A DNA stretch of 23,423 nt. Origin: Archangiaceae bacterium. Lineage in GTDB: Bacteria > Myxococcota > Myxococcia > Myxococcales > Myxococcaceae. A program made the translations under genes and the position numbers. The notes beneath the pieces are model-generated. The model did not search any database. It saw only the letters and a list, made by a program, of their open reading frames with translations, and had not been told where the DNA came from. Of this stretch, positions 1 through 8,511 are shown one piece after another. The stretch lies in assembly GCA_043750125.1 (NCBI GenBank), contig JAYVCD010000399.1:1-23423 (forward strand), written 5' to 3'. Numbering within the stretch: position 1 is the stretch's first letter; each line of letters starts with the position of its first letter.

Positions 1-95
1 CTCCGTGAGGAGGTGACCTGATCACGCGTGTGCCGATCTCGTCGATCCGTCTCGTAAGTGATCGACTTTGCTGGGGCGGATTCCTGATCGGCGCT

Positions 96-1535
96 CTAGT
101 ACCAGGTGATCATTCCATTGTTTCCCGACGGCCGGGCCAAAAAGGCTGCACCCAACGAAGTGCCGTCCACGTCCCAAACATTCCCCAACAAAGACAAACC
201 GGAAGTGACCTGACCTCCATTGTCTTGAATGGATACGCTGGGGCCAGGTTTGTTGGATCCATCGTGGGACAGGTCATTAAAGCCGCCATTCCGAGACATT
301 CGGCTGTTGATTATCGACACATTCGTGCCTTCCACGACCAGCCCGTAATACGGCCCAAAGCCATAGTGCCAACCGCTCGAGAAGAGGATGTTGTCGTTCC
401 CGCCATATCCTCCCTCGATGTAGATGTTCGAGGTGATCGCGGGAAGAGAGCCGTCTGGAAGCCGATTCCAACCCAGGTCGTAGGAACAGCGCGTGAAAGT
501 GACATCTTTGGCGCCCCGGACGTGTACGGCTTCGAAGTGAGCGCCATTCGTGGGCGTGGGGTACGGGCACTTGAAGGCGCAATCGGTGAATGACCACGGT
601 GTCGACGTCAAGGTGGCGCCTTGAGCTCCCCAGGGGTCATGCCTGAACAGTTGGAGTGGCGAGCCACCGACTCCAATGAAGTTGGAGCGGACCGCAGAAC
701 CCCTGGGGTTGGAGATGGTTGAGATGTCACCCGCGACGCAGTGGTCGAAGACAATCCCAGGAGCACCGAGCACCGAGCCTTCGGTGTAGATCCCAAAAGT
801 GAACTCGCAGTCGGTAAACACGTACCCGTTGATCTGGGTCGGCCCCCCTTGCGAGCCATTGATCTGGGGGTGGCCCGTGAACTTCACGCCGGTGTAGCGA
901 ACGATACCGCTGCCATCGGCTGTCTGGTTGTAGCCGTTCAGGTTGCTGTTCACGGGGTTGACCGTGAGATTCGTCAGACGCGGTCCAGTGTTGAGCGCGT
1001 TCGGAGGAGCTGCCGCCAGCATCGTTTCCCTCGAGGTGACGGCCTTCGAGGCAATACCGTTCGGATAGTTTGCAGTGATTGTCACGGTCACCGATGAACC
1101 GTAGGGAACAACAACCCCAGCCATGCTTTCGATTTCGTATTTGCGCACGTTCGCGGGAAGGTTGACCGTGTTTGTATTGCCACCTGGCAATGACCAGACG
1201 ACTGAAAATGACATCGGTGAAGAGGCGCCTACCTGGGGGAACGACCAATTCGCAGCAAGAAACCCCGAACCCGCCGCGAGGGCGGCGAGTGATGTCCCCG
1301 CATCCGAACCTGCGTCTGTGACGCCCACATCCGACCCGGCATCAGCAACACCCGCATCCGACCCGGCATCGGCAACGCCCGCATCCGACCCGGCATCAGG
1401 AACGCCTGAATCCCCACCTCCGTCAGCAAGACTGTTTGAATCACGATCAGCCGGAGTGCAGGCTGGAGCAAGGCCGATGAAGAGAGTCAGGCCGAGAAGA
1501 ATGGGACGAGAACGTCCGTTCAGGTGATTCAGCAT
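96..1535 (-). CDS. Lipoprotein with DAG-repeat linker, FN3-like domain and probable right-handed beta-helix domain
   Basis: Signal peptide ends in lipobox-like LAPAC, followed by (DAGSDAGVA)x4. Next is an FN3-like segment (AANWSFP...YEIESM...VTVTITANYPNG), a PNALNTG motif and beta-helix-like strands (VFTDCEF, VFDHCV, SFTDCAF, VTFTRCSY). ATG 1535 chosen as start; 1553 or 1556 are possible. Confidence 0.7.
   Translation of the reverse strand: MLNHLNGRSRPILLGLTLFIGLAPACTPADRDSNSLADGGGDSGVPDAGSDAGVADAGSDAGVADAGSDVGVTDAGSDAGTSLAALAAGSGFLAANWSFPQVGASSPMSFSVVWSLPGGNTNTVNLPANVRKYEIESMAGVVVPYGSSVTVTITANYPNGIASKAVTSRETMLAAAPPNALNTGPRLTNLTVNPVNSNLNGYNQTADGSGIVRYTGVKFTGHPQINGSQGGPTQINGYVFTDCEFTFGIYTEGSVLGAPGIVFDHCVAGDISTISNPRGSAVRSNFIGVGGSPLQLFRHDPWGAQGATLTSTPWSFTDCAFKCPYPTPTNGAHFEAVHVRGAKDVTFTRCSYDLGWNRLPDGSLPAITSNIYIEGGYGGNDNILFSSGWHYGFGPYYGLVVEGTNVSIINSRMSRNGGFNDLSHDGSNKPGPSVSIQDNGGQVTSGLSLLGNVWDVDGTSLGAAFLARPSGNNGMITWY
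1297..1404 (-). repeat. 27-bp coding tandem repeat, 4 copies (DAGSDAGVA)
   Basis: Units at 1297, 1324, 1351 and 1378, consensus cccgcatccgacccggcatcggcaacg. Confidence 0.9.
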
Positions 1536-1666
1536 AGAAGGAAACAACAACATCAACTTTCACGCTGAGCAACCACCTTGTTCACCGCAAAACCAACGTT
1601 GGCCGACTGATCGGCAAAGTCAGTTGTGCGCCCTCGACCGGCCACTACTGCCTCAAAACTCCCGGT

Positions 1667-2579
1667 TCAATCGAGCAACGGACCGATGTCGTCGGCAACC
1701 TTCCCTGCAAAGTCGTCCCGCGCGGCGTTCACCTTCTCGATGATCTTCCTCACGTCGCCCTTGCCGAAGATCTCAATCAGCGGCTTTACGTCAGGGCTGT
1801 CGATCGTCAGCGGGGGGCCGAAGACGGGGAACTTGCTGTCGCCGAAGCTCTCGATCAGCTCTTCGCCCTGCGAGAGGGTGGCGAACTTCGTCAACAGTTG
1901 GGTGCGGTCTTCGCCGGTGGACGGGTTGAGCTTCTCGAACAGCTGCTTCTGGGTGAGCCCGAGCTTCTCGGCGACCTGCTGCACGAAGGGCCCGATGTTC
2001 TGCTTCTGGTCGTTGAGGTTCGAGAACACCTTGGCGAAGTCTTCAGAGAGGCCTTCCTTCAGCAGGAACGCCTTGGCGTCGGCTTCGCTGGAATGCTCGG
2101 CGTCTTCGGCGCGGTGGTCCCCGATGATCGCCTTGAGCGCGAAGGCCGCAACGGCGAGCGCCACGCCCGCCACCTGTCCGCCGGGGATGAGCAGCAGCAC
2201 GCCCGCGGCGGCGTTCAAGCCCGTGACGGTGGAATCGGCCAGGTTGCCGCCTTCCAGGGTCTTGGCGAAGTCGATCACTCCGGTGACCGCGCCGATCACT
2301 CCGGCGACGCCGCCTGCCTTTCCGAAGAGCGCTTCCAACCCCGCGCGCGAGCCGGTCGCGGCGAGCGCTTTGATCGCCAGTGCGCCCGCGTCGGCCCCCC
2401 AGGCCCAGGGTGCCGGAAATGGCGGCGATCTGATCCTGCAGCTGTTGCTGGCTGAAGTCGGAGAACTGACCGGGCAGCCCGACCACTGCGAGCACCAGTC
2501 CAGCTCCCTTGAACGACGTCGCTGCGTGCGAGCCATCGGGCAGAAACGGCGACACGCTGCTGACCGCACGCATTCGCAT
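1667..2579 (-). pseudogene. Frameshifted, probably 5'-truncated gene for a protein with Gly/Ala-rich hydrophobic helices
   Basis: Protein-like sequence runs in the frame of ORF 2043-2579 (SFKGAGLVLAVVGLPGQFSDF...SGTLGLG) and continues in the frame of ORF 1667-2569 (ADAGALAIKALAATG...). Removing one base of the C6 run at 2395-2400 joins them. Confidence 0.6.
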
Positions 2580-2652
2580 CGGACGTCCGTCCTACTTCAC
2601 CCCACAGCGGGCGCGGCAACGCCCTCGCGGTCAGCCGTCAGACGCGAACGAT

Positions 2653-3255
2653 TCAGTGTGAAGAGGGGGGCGCACTCGTTCCGCACGCGAGGTAGCTGAA
2701 GAAGCGCCGCCGCTCGGCGAGGGTCAGCGTTTTTCCCCGAGGCATTCCACCGAGGTCGATCGCGTAGCGCAGCGATTCGGCCGCGCTCCTCACCAACGCC
2801 GCAGAAGTCCAGGCTCCGACGTGGCACGCCTCGCAGTTGCTGGTGATGAAGCCTGAGGCGTAGCCGGCCCACCCATCGGTGCACGTGAGCCCAGGCGGCA
2901 AAGTGCTCAAGTCCCCGCAAGCGGCAACGGTCGGCACACACTCGAAGACCGCCGGTGCTTTGCCGATCGAGAAGGACTGGCAGGTGCTCCCCTGGGGGCA
3001 GGCCTTACCGCCATTGCAGTTGACCGCGCAGTGGCCGGGAAATCCGAGGCACCAATTCGTTGGGCCGCAGTCTGCGCTCGACAGGCAGGCAGAACAGAAG
3101 CCTCCATCGGTGCTCGTGCCTGCATCCACAGGCGTCGCTCCGGAATCTGGAAGCTCGCCCGCGTCCGGCCGCCCCACGCCGCCATCCCACTCGGCGAGGC
3201 CTTGCCCGCAGGCCGCGAGAAGCGCCATCGAAAATAGAAGAAGCATTCTCGTCAC
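2653..3255 (-). CDS. Lipoprotein with Cys-rich domain and C-terminal monoheme c-type cytochrome domain
   Basis: GAAGGAG RBS 8 nt before GTG 3255; lipobox LLAAC; DAG/DGG linker; Cys-rich module; CEACH (2821-2835) with downstream GGMP as candidate distal Met ligand. Confidence 0.8.
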   Translation of the reverse strand: MTRMLLLFSMALLAACGQGLAEWDGGVGRPDAGELPDSGATPVDAGTSTDGGFCSACLSSADCGPTNWCLGFPGHCAVNCNGGKACPQGSTCQSFSIGKAPAVFECVPTVAACGDLSTLPPGLTCTDGWAGYASGFITSNCEACHVGAWTSAALVRSAAESLRYAIDLGGMPRGKTLTLAERRRFFSYLACGTSAPPSSH

Positions 3256-3342
3256 GTTCGTCGCTCCTTCCTCGAAAATCCGTGGGGCCCCGTCCGCCGA
3301 ACCTCGGCAAACACTCGGGCAGAAATATTTGCTGGTGGCCCG

Positions 3343-3358
3343 AGCACGGGTCATGCCA
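3343..3358 (-). promoter_or_regulatory. Candidate sigma-54 (-24/-12) promoter for the cytochrome c lipoprotein gene
   Basis: Minus strand reads TGGCATGACCCGTGCT: exact GG-N10-GC spacing, close to TGGCACG-N4-TTGCW, about 90 bp upstream of the start. Confidence 0.55.
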
Positions 3359-3428
3359 CGTCACTGAGCAAAGACAGGCCTCACCATTGCCATTCGCAGA
3401 CGGGCGAAACGAAAGGTAAGGTCCGCCG

Positions 3429-5816
3429 ATGAGCATCCTCAACCGCTGGACCCAGGTGTTTTGTCTCGTCGCAGCGGCTGCCTTCTTTGCCGGGTGCCAA
3501 TGTGGCGGTGGGGCCGTGGTGGGCGGAACCGGAGGAACAGGCGGGTCCGGTGGCTCGCAAGCGACGGGCGGCTCGAGTGGGAGCGGCGGTGGCACGGGCG
3601 GTACCGGAGGCTCGACCGGCACGGGAGGAGGCAACAGCACCACCGGCGATGGCGGCGACACGTTCAGCTGCCTTCTGCCCTGGACCTGCGCGAAACAGGG
3701 CTTCAACTGTGGCCCCGCCGGCGACGGCTGCGGCTTGCTGCTCAATTGCGGAACCTGCACCGCTCCGAAGACCTGCGGCGCGACCAGCCCCGGCGTCTGC
3801 GCGCAGGGGGTCGCGCTGCTTCCGGACGGCGGCGTCAATTGCGCGCCCATGACTTGCGTGGCCCAGGGCTTCAACTGTGGACCCGCGGGCGATGGCTGCG
3901 GTCAGCTGCTCAACTGCGGCAGCTGCGCGGCTCCCAAGAGCTGTGGCGGAGGCGGCACCAGCGGCGTCTGCGGGCAGCCTGCGTGTACTCCGAGGACCTG
4001 CGCGTCACTCGATGCCGGTTGCGGCGTTCAGGGCGACGGCTGTGGCGGGGCCACTCCCAACTGCGGGACCTGTGCAGCGCCCGACATCTGCGGCGGGGCA
4101 GGCGTGCTGAACCGTTGCGGCAGCCTCTTCCCCGATGGCGGCTCAGATGGCGGCAGGCCCTGCACCAATCTTTGCCTTCAGCAGAATGCCTGCGATGGCG
4201 GGGTGCGCACTTCGCTCAGCGGTACGGTCTTCGCGCCGACCGACCCGGCGCTGTTTGGGGCCGCCGACCCGCTCTCGGGCGCATTCGTCTACGTGCCCAA
4301 CGGCACCGTGCAGACCTTTGGCGCCGGGGTGGCTTGCGAGAAGTGCTCCGCGTCGGTGTCGGGGGACCCTCTGGTGTCTACGACCAGCGCGGTCAATGGG
4401 ACTTTCACTCTCAACAACGTGCCGTGCGGCGCCAACATCCCGCTCGTCATTCAGCTCGGGCGCTGGCGTCGGCAAATCACCATTCCCGCGGTCGCTTGCT
4501 GCGGCAACACGGTCCTCACTGCCGCCCAGACGCGGTTCCCGCGCACCCAGGCCGAAGGCAACCCGAACGACAACATTCCACTCTTTGCGGTGACGACCGG
4601 CAGCGCCGACAACCTGGAATGCATTCTTCCCAAGATTGGCATTGCCGCTTCCGAGTTCACGACTCCCTCGGGAACCGGCCGGGTGCGGATGTATCGCGAC
4701 AACGGGATCAACCCGTTGGGCGGACTGCCGAACGCGACGACGCTCTACAACAGCCCTACCGAGTTGGCGAAGTACGACGTGGTCATCGCGGACTGCGTCG
4801 GAAGTGAGCAGAACAAGTCGGCGGCGCAGCGGGGCAACATCGAGACCTATGCGAATGGCGGCGGTCGATTGTTCACCAGCCACTACGGGTACGTGTGGCT
4901 GTACGACAAACCGGCGGCCATCTCGTTCACCGCCACCGCGACCTGGAACGCCGGACAAGCCACCCCCCCGAACCAGGACGGGTACATCGATTCTTCGTTT
5001 GTGAAGGGCCAGACCTTCGCCCAGTGGGTGTACGCGGTGAACGCGCAGGCGGTGACCTCGACCCTCGCGGTCCCCAGAGTGCGAATCAACACCGTGCGGC
5101 GCGACTTCGATTCAGTGAACGTGCCCGCTGAACGCTGGGTGTTCGGCACTGCAGACGGCAATGCGGTGAGCGCTTTCAACCCGGCCATTCCCTTTCAGTA
5201 CGCGTTCAACACCCCGCTCGCCGCGCAGCCGGCCGACAAGTGTGGCCGCGTGCTGTTCAGTGACTTTCACGTCAGCAGCGGTGGAACTTTCCCCAACTGC
5301 ACTGCCGGGCCGATGACTCCCCAGGAGAAGGTCTTCGAGTACCTCATCTTCGACCTCACTTCGTGCGTGACGCCCTACACCGTCAACTGCGGTGCGAAGA
5401 GCTGTTCGCAGCTCGGGTTCAACTGTGGCCCTGCGGGCGATGGCTGCGGTGGGGTGCTCAGCTGCGGCGCCTGCACCTTGCCCCAGACGTGTGGTGGCGC
5501 AGGACAAGCCGGCGTCTGCGGCGGAGGCTGTACCACCCGGTCGTGCGTCGCTCAGGGCTTCACCTGCGGACCTGCGGGAGATGGCTGCGGTGGCCAGCTC
5601 GCCTGCGGCACCTGCCCCACCGGCCAGGTCTGCGGCGGCGGCGGTCAGGGCATCTGCGGCAGTGGCGGTTGTACCCCCAGAACCTGCGCGGCTCAGGGCT
5701 TCGACTGTGGCCCGGCGGGCGACGGGTGCGGGGGGCTGCTCCAGTGTGGCGTGTGCCCCACCGGCCAGGCGTGCGGCGTCGCGGGCCCTGGGAAGTGTGG
5801 GCCGCAGATCACCTGA
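3429..5816 (+). CDS. Cys-rich repeat lipoprotein (3 repeats + core + 3 repeats); core has a carboxypeptidase-regulatory-like beta-sandwich and a GATase/ThuA-like alpha/beta domain
   Basis: Signal peptide ends FAGC-QC; Gly/Thr/Ser linker; six ~47-aa repeats CxPxTCxxxGxNCGxxGDGCGxxLxCGxCxxPxxCGGGGxxxxC; core SGTVFAP...GAFVYVP...GTFTLNNVP...QLGRWRRQ, then YDVVIADC...YANGGGRLFTSH. Confidence 0.85.
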   Translation: MSILNRWTQVFCLVAAAAFFAGCQCGGGAVVGGTGGTGGSGGSQATGGSSGSGGGTGGTGGSTGTGGGNSTTGDGGDTFSCLLPWTCAKQGFNCGPAGDGCGLLLNCGTCTAPKTCGATSPGVCAQGVALLPDGGVNCAPMTCVAQGFNCGPAGDGCGQLLNCGSCAAPKSCGGGGTSGVCGQPACTPRTCASLDAGCGVQGDGCGGATPNCGTCAAPDICGGAGVLNRCGSLFPDGGSDGGRPCTNLCLQQNACDGGVRTSLSGTVFAPTDPALFGAADPLSGAFVYVPNGTVQTFGAGVACEKCSASVSGDPLVSTTSAVNGTFTLNNVPCGANIPLVIQLGRWRRQITIPAVACCGNTVLTAAQTRFPRTQAEGNPNDNIPLFAVTTGSADNLECILPKIGIAASEFTTPSGTGRVRMYRDNGINPLGGLPNATTLYNSPTELAKYDVVIADCVGSEQNKSAAQRGNIETYANGGGRLFTSHYGYVWLYDKPAAISFTATATWNAGQATPPNQDGYIDSSFVKGQTFAQWVYAVNAQAVTSTLAVPRVRINTVRRDFDSVNVPAERWVFGTADGNAVSAFNPAIPFQYAFNTPLAAQPADKCGRVLFSDFHVSSGGTFPNCTAGPMTPQEKVFEYLIFDLTSCVTPYTVNCGAKSCSQLGFNCGPAGDGCGGVLSCGACTLPQTCGGAGQAGVCGGGCTTRSCVAQGFTCGPAGDGCGGQLACGTCPTGQVCGGGGQGICGSGGCTPRTCAAQGFDCGPAGDGCGGLLQCGVCPTGQACGVAGPGKCGPQIT
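3669..4118 (+). repeat. Three N-terminal 8-Cys repeats of paralog A
   Basis: Three units, each with GDGCG and 8 Cys, counted in the translation. Confidence 0.85.
5388..5798 (+). repeat. Three C-terminal 8-Cys repeats of paralog A
   Basis: Three CGPAGDGCGG-containing units. Confidence 0.85.
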
Positions 5817-5837
5817 TCGGTGGCCGGCTCGCCGCGC

Positions 5838-6029
5838 CTATTTGGCGGCGGGTTTCGGGTTCGCCTTTTTCCCCGTGATGAGCTCCCACTTTCCACCTTC
5901 AGCGGCGCAGACCTTTTTCTTCTTGTCGACGACCGCTCCATTCTTGGTGCACTGGTGGGTTTTGGGATCTTTCTCGGCCAGCGCGGGTAGGGTGAGCAAC
6001 AGCGCAATGACCGTGGTCAGCGTTTTCAT
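5838..6029 (-). CDS. Small secreted basic protein (63 aa) with two Cys
   Basis: MKTLTTVIALLLTLPALA is a classic SPI signal (A-x-A); the mature part is Lys-rich with one Cys pair. Confidence 0.7.
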   Translation of the reverse strand: MKTLTTVIALLLTLPALAEKDPKTHQCTKNGAVVDKKKKVCAAEGGKWELITGKKANPKPAAK

Positions 6030-6272
6030 GTCGAAGACCGGATGCAACCCGAAGCCCACGGTCAGCCTGCGGCCGATGCCCGGTGGTCAGGGCGACGCCG
6101 CTGTGGCGTTCATGCAGGGGTGAGGCAGGGCGGCTGGGCCGGATGCAGCCCCGGGGTCAGCGCCGAAGCCGCGCGGATGAGCTCCGAAATTTCCGGCTGG
6201 TCGTCCGCGACCCGCAGCGCCTGCAGCGGTCGGCCCGTAGACCTTGCCTGATGGCGCCTCAGCGGGTCGCGA

Positions 6273-6962
6273 TCAAGGTCCGTAATGTCCCGACAATGAG
6301 GCCGACTCGACCAGGTGTGCAGCGATCACACTTTGGACCTGGGCTCGCGAGGACGCTGTCGTGATTCCGGGTAGCGTGACGACGTTCAGCGCAGAGACCG
6401 TAAAGCGATACACGTGCGATGCCGGGGGGCAGGGGCCGCGATAGCCAAACGTCACATTGTCGTAGCTGGTGGTCTGCTTGGCGCCCGCTGGGGTCCCCGG
6501 GTTTGCGAGGTTCGGGATTCCCTCAGGCAGGCCAAGGCTCGTTGCTGGGATGTCCCAGATGACCCAGTGAATGAGATTGATTGTCATGTCGGTCATCACC
6601 AGCGCGTAGCTCTGTGCCGTCGAGCTCGCGGCCCACGTCACCGGCAATGAGATGTGGCCCGTGGTCGCGGCATCCGCGCAGGTGTAGCGAACAGGAATTG
6701 TCGCTCCTTCAGCGAGCGCGACACTCGTAAGCACGAAGAGGGCTCCCGCGTCCGGCGGTCCCGCGTCCGGCGGTCCCGCGTCCGGTGGTCCCGCGTCCGG
6801 CGGTCCTGCGTCCGGCGGTCCAGCGTCCGGTGGTCCAGCGTCCGGTGGTCCAGCGTCCGGCGGTCCCACGTCCGGCGGTCCCGCGTCCGGCGGTCCTCCG
6901 CTGGGAGGAGTTCCGCAGGAGATCAACGCCAGCGCAGCCGCGAGGAGGATCGATGGTTTCAT
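6273..6962 (-). CDS. YbhB/YbcL (PEBP/Raf kinase inhibitor-like) family lipoprotein with (GPPDA)10 linker
   Basis: Lipobox LISC; PEBP motifs IPVRYTC, SYALVMTD, HWVIWDIP, GYRGPCPP, HVYRFTVSAL. Confidence 0.9.
   Translation of the reverse strand: MKPSILLAAALALISCGTPPSGGPPDAGPPDVGPPDAGPPDAGPPDAGPPDAGPPDAGPPDAGPPDAGPPDAGALFVLTSVALAEGATIPVRYTCADAATTGHISLPVTWAASSTAQSYALVMTDMTINLIHWVIWDIPATSLGLPEGIPNLANPGTPAGAKQTTSYDNVTFGYRGPCPPASHVYRFTVSALNVVTLPGITTASSRAQVQSVIAAHLVESASLSGHYGP
6747..6896 (-). repeat. 15-bp coding tandem repeat, 10 copies (GPPDA)
   Basis: Unit cgcgtccggcggtcc x10 with few substitutions. Confidence 0.95.
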
Positions 6963-6979
6963 CGCTGACCCCTTGCTCG

Positions 6980-8434
6980 CTACCGGTACCAGTCGACGTT
7001 CACTCCGAAGTACGTCCCTGCCGGATGCGCCGCAGTTTCGACCGCAACGGCAGTCGACACACCCGTCTTCAGATCAACCAATTGGAACTCGAGCGGTCGG
7101 TCGACCTGCGTCCAGCGGACCGCACACAGGCCGTCACGGCTGACCGACGTGTTCCAGTATTCACTCGTCGAGTCCGGGATCACCATTGAAGTCCCATCGC
7201 GGGGCCGAACGATTTGAAGAGCGCCGTCGCCGACGAGAAAGGTCGATTCTCCGTCGCGGACGGGCGGCCATTCCTCGTTGACCGATGCAAAAGAGTAGAG
7301 GCCGTAAGTCGATGTCGAACCCTTGACGAGGTAGGTGCCGGCGCTCTCGGTCACGTCCACACCCGTCACCCCGCTCATTTTTGCTCCGACGAGATTCCAC
7401 TTTCGACCGAAGTCTTCAGATCGAAACAGACCTCCCCAGAATTCCCCGCGAAGCCCGACCATCACCGAGCCATCCTGGGCGAATTCGACTCCCAGGTATT
7501 TCTGGTTGCGATTGAAGAAATGCATCCCCCGCGGAAAGTCCTGGCGCAGATTTCGGGCAACCCCCGAAGAGAGGTCGACCTCCACCATCGTCGTCAGGTT
7601 GCCGGGAGTCACGAAGTGGGGGCCCACGACCACCCGCCCGTTCACAGACACGTGCTTCAACTCGAGCCAGACCCCTTGCGAAAAGGCCGACAGGTCTACG
7701 ACTTGAGGAACCTTGCCCGCTTGCTCGGCCACGAGCACGACTTGTCCGTCCTTCCTGCTGAGGTAGACAAAGCCAAAGGCGGTCCACCTCGGGTAGGTAT
7801 TGTTCAAGATCGGGTAGGCCAGCGGATGCATCGGACCCGCGTTTTTGTAGATCCAGCCGAACCCCCCGGCAGCAACCGTCGATTGAACTGCAACCGTGCC
7901 GTCGGCCGTGGGCTCACTGAGTGCCACGACGCCCTGAAGGGTGGTGGTTCCGCCCGAGGGGCTGAAGAGCTCCATCTGGGTTCCGAAATTCGCAGCCAGG
8001 TGGCCGTCGTCCCCGAGGTGAAGCTTCAGGAAGGGGTCGGTCGCCTCCCAGCGTCGAGCCCGCGCGCCATCGAGCAACACCGCCCGGGTCTGGCTACCGC
8101 CCGAGGGCCTGAAGCTCAAGGCCAGGTAGTCGCCTCGCGCTTGAAGGGTGTCGACGTACAGACCGGTGGTGGACACCGTCCCGAGACTCTCGAGGGCCAG
8201 AATGCGACGGCTCGACGCGTCCTGGAGAACGAGCGAAACAATCGGCCCTACCGCGGTCACCAAGACGTTCCCTTCTGCGTCCGCACCTCCGAAGCAGGGA
8301 CGCGTCGGGACCCCTTCAGAAGCGGCGGTTCCCGACGCTTCCAGCACTGTCGACGGGGTCGTCGCCGGCACTGGAAATTGGGTCCCACAACCCGCGGTCC
8401 AGACCATCGCGATGAGACAGGAAGTGATTTTCAT
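6980..8434 (-). CDS. Hypothetical lipoprotein, probable beta-propeller
   Basis: Lipobox TAGC; beta-rich sequence; Asp-box-like LFRSEDFGRKW; SVSRDG blade-like motif. Ends 17 bp before the YbhB-like gene, so probably co-transcribed. Confidence 0.7.
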   Translation of the reverse strand: MKITSCLIAMVWTAGCGTQFPVPATTPSTVLEASGTAASEGVPTRPCFGGADAEGNVLVTAVGPIVSLVLQDASSRRILALESLGTVSTTGLYVDTLQARGDYLALSFRPSGGSQTRAVLLDGARARRWEATDPFLKLHLGDDGHLAANFGTQMELFSPSGGTTTLQGVVALSEPTADGTVAVQSTVAAGGFGWIYKNAGPMHPLAYPILNNTYPRWTAFGFVYLSRKDGQVVLVAEQAGKVPQVVDLSAFSQGVWLELKHVSVNGRVVVGPHFVTPGNLTTMVEVDLSSGVARNLRQDFPRGMHFFNRNQKYLGVEFAQDGSVMVGLRGEFWGGLFRSEDFGRKWNLVGAKMSGVTGVDVTESAGTYLVKGSTSTYGLYSFASVNEEWPPVRDGESTFLVGDGALQIVRPRDGTSMVIPDSTSEYWNTSVSRDGLCAVRWTQVDRPLEFQLVDLKTGVSTAVAVETAAHPAGTYFGVNVDWYR

Positions 8435-8511
8435 GAGGCGGAGATTGGGGGGCGATCCGAACGAAAGAAAATCAATATGTTTTAGACCTCGACGTAAATA
8501 ATTTGTAAACG

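Noticed and set aside
3429-5816. Assignment as TraA or CglB, or a 'tryptophan synthase alpha chain' label
   Set aside because: No PA14-like domain or MYXO-CTERM (TraA), no recognisable VWA MIDAS motif (CglB) and no TrpA features.
6747-6896. Tandem repeats as a CRISPR array
   Set aside because: The units are contiguous with no spacers, are in frame within a CDS, and no cas genes are present.
8435-8511. LysR T-N11-A operator in the AT-rich divergent intergenic region
   Set aside because: Plausible by position, but I could not pick out a convincing dyad with the right spacing.
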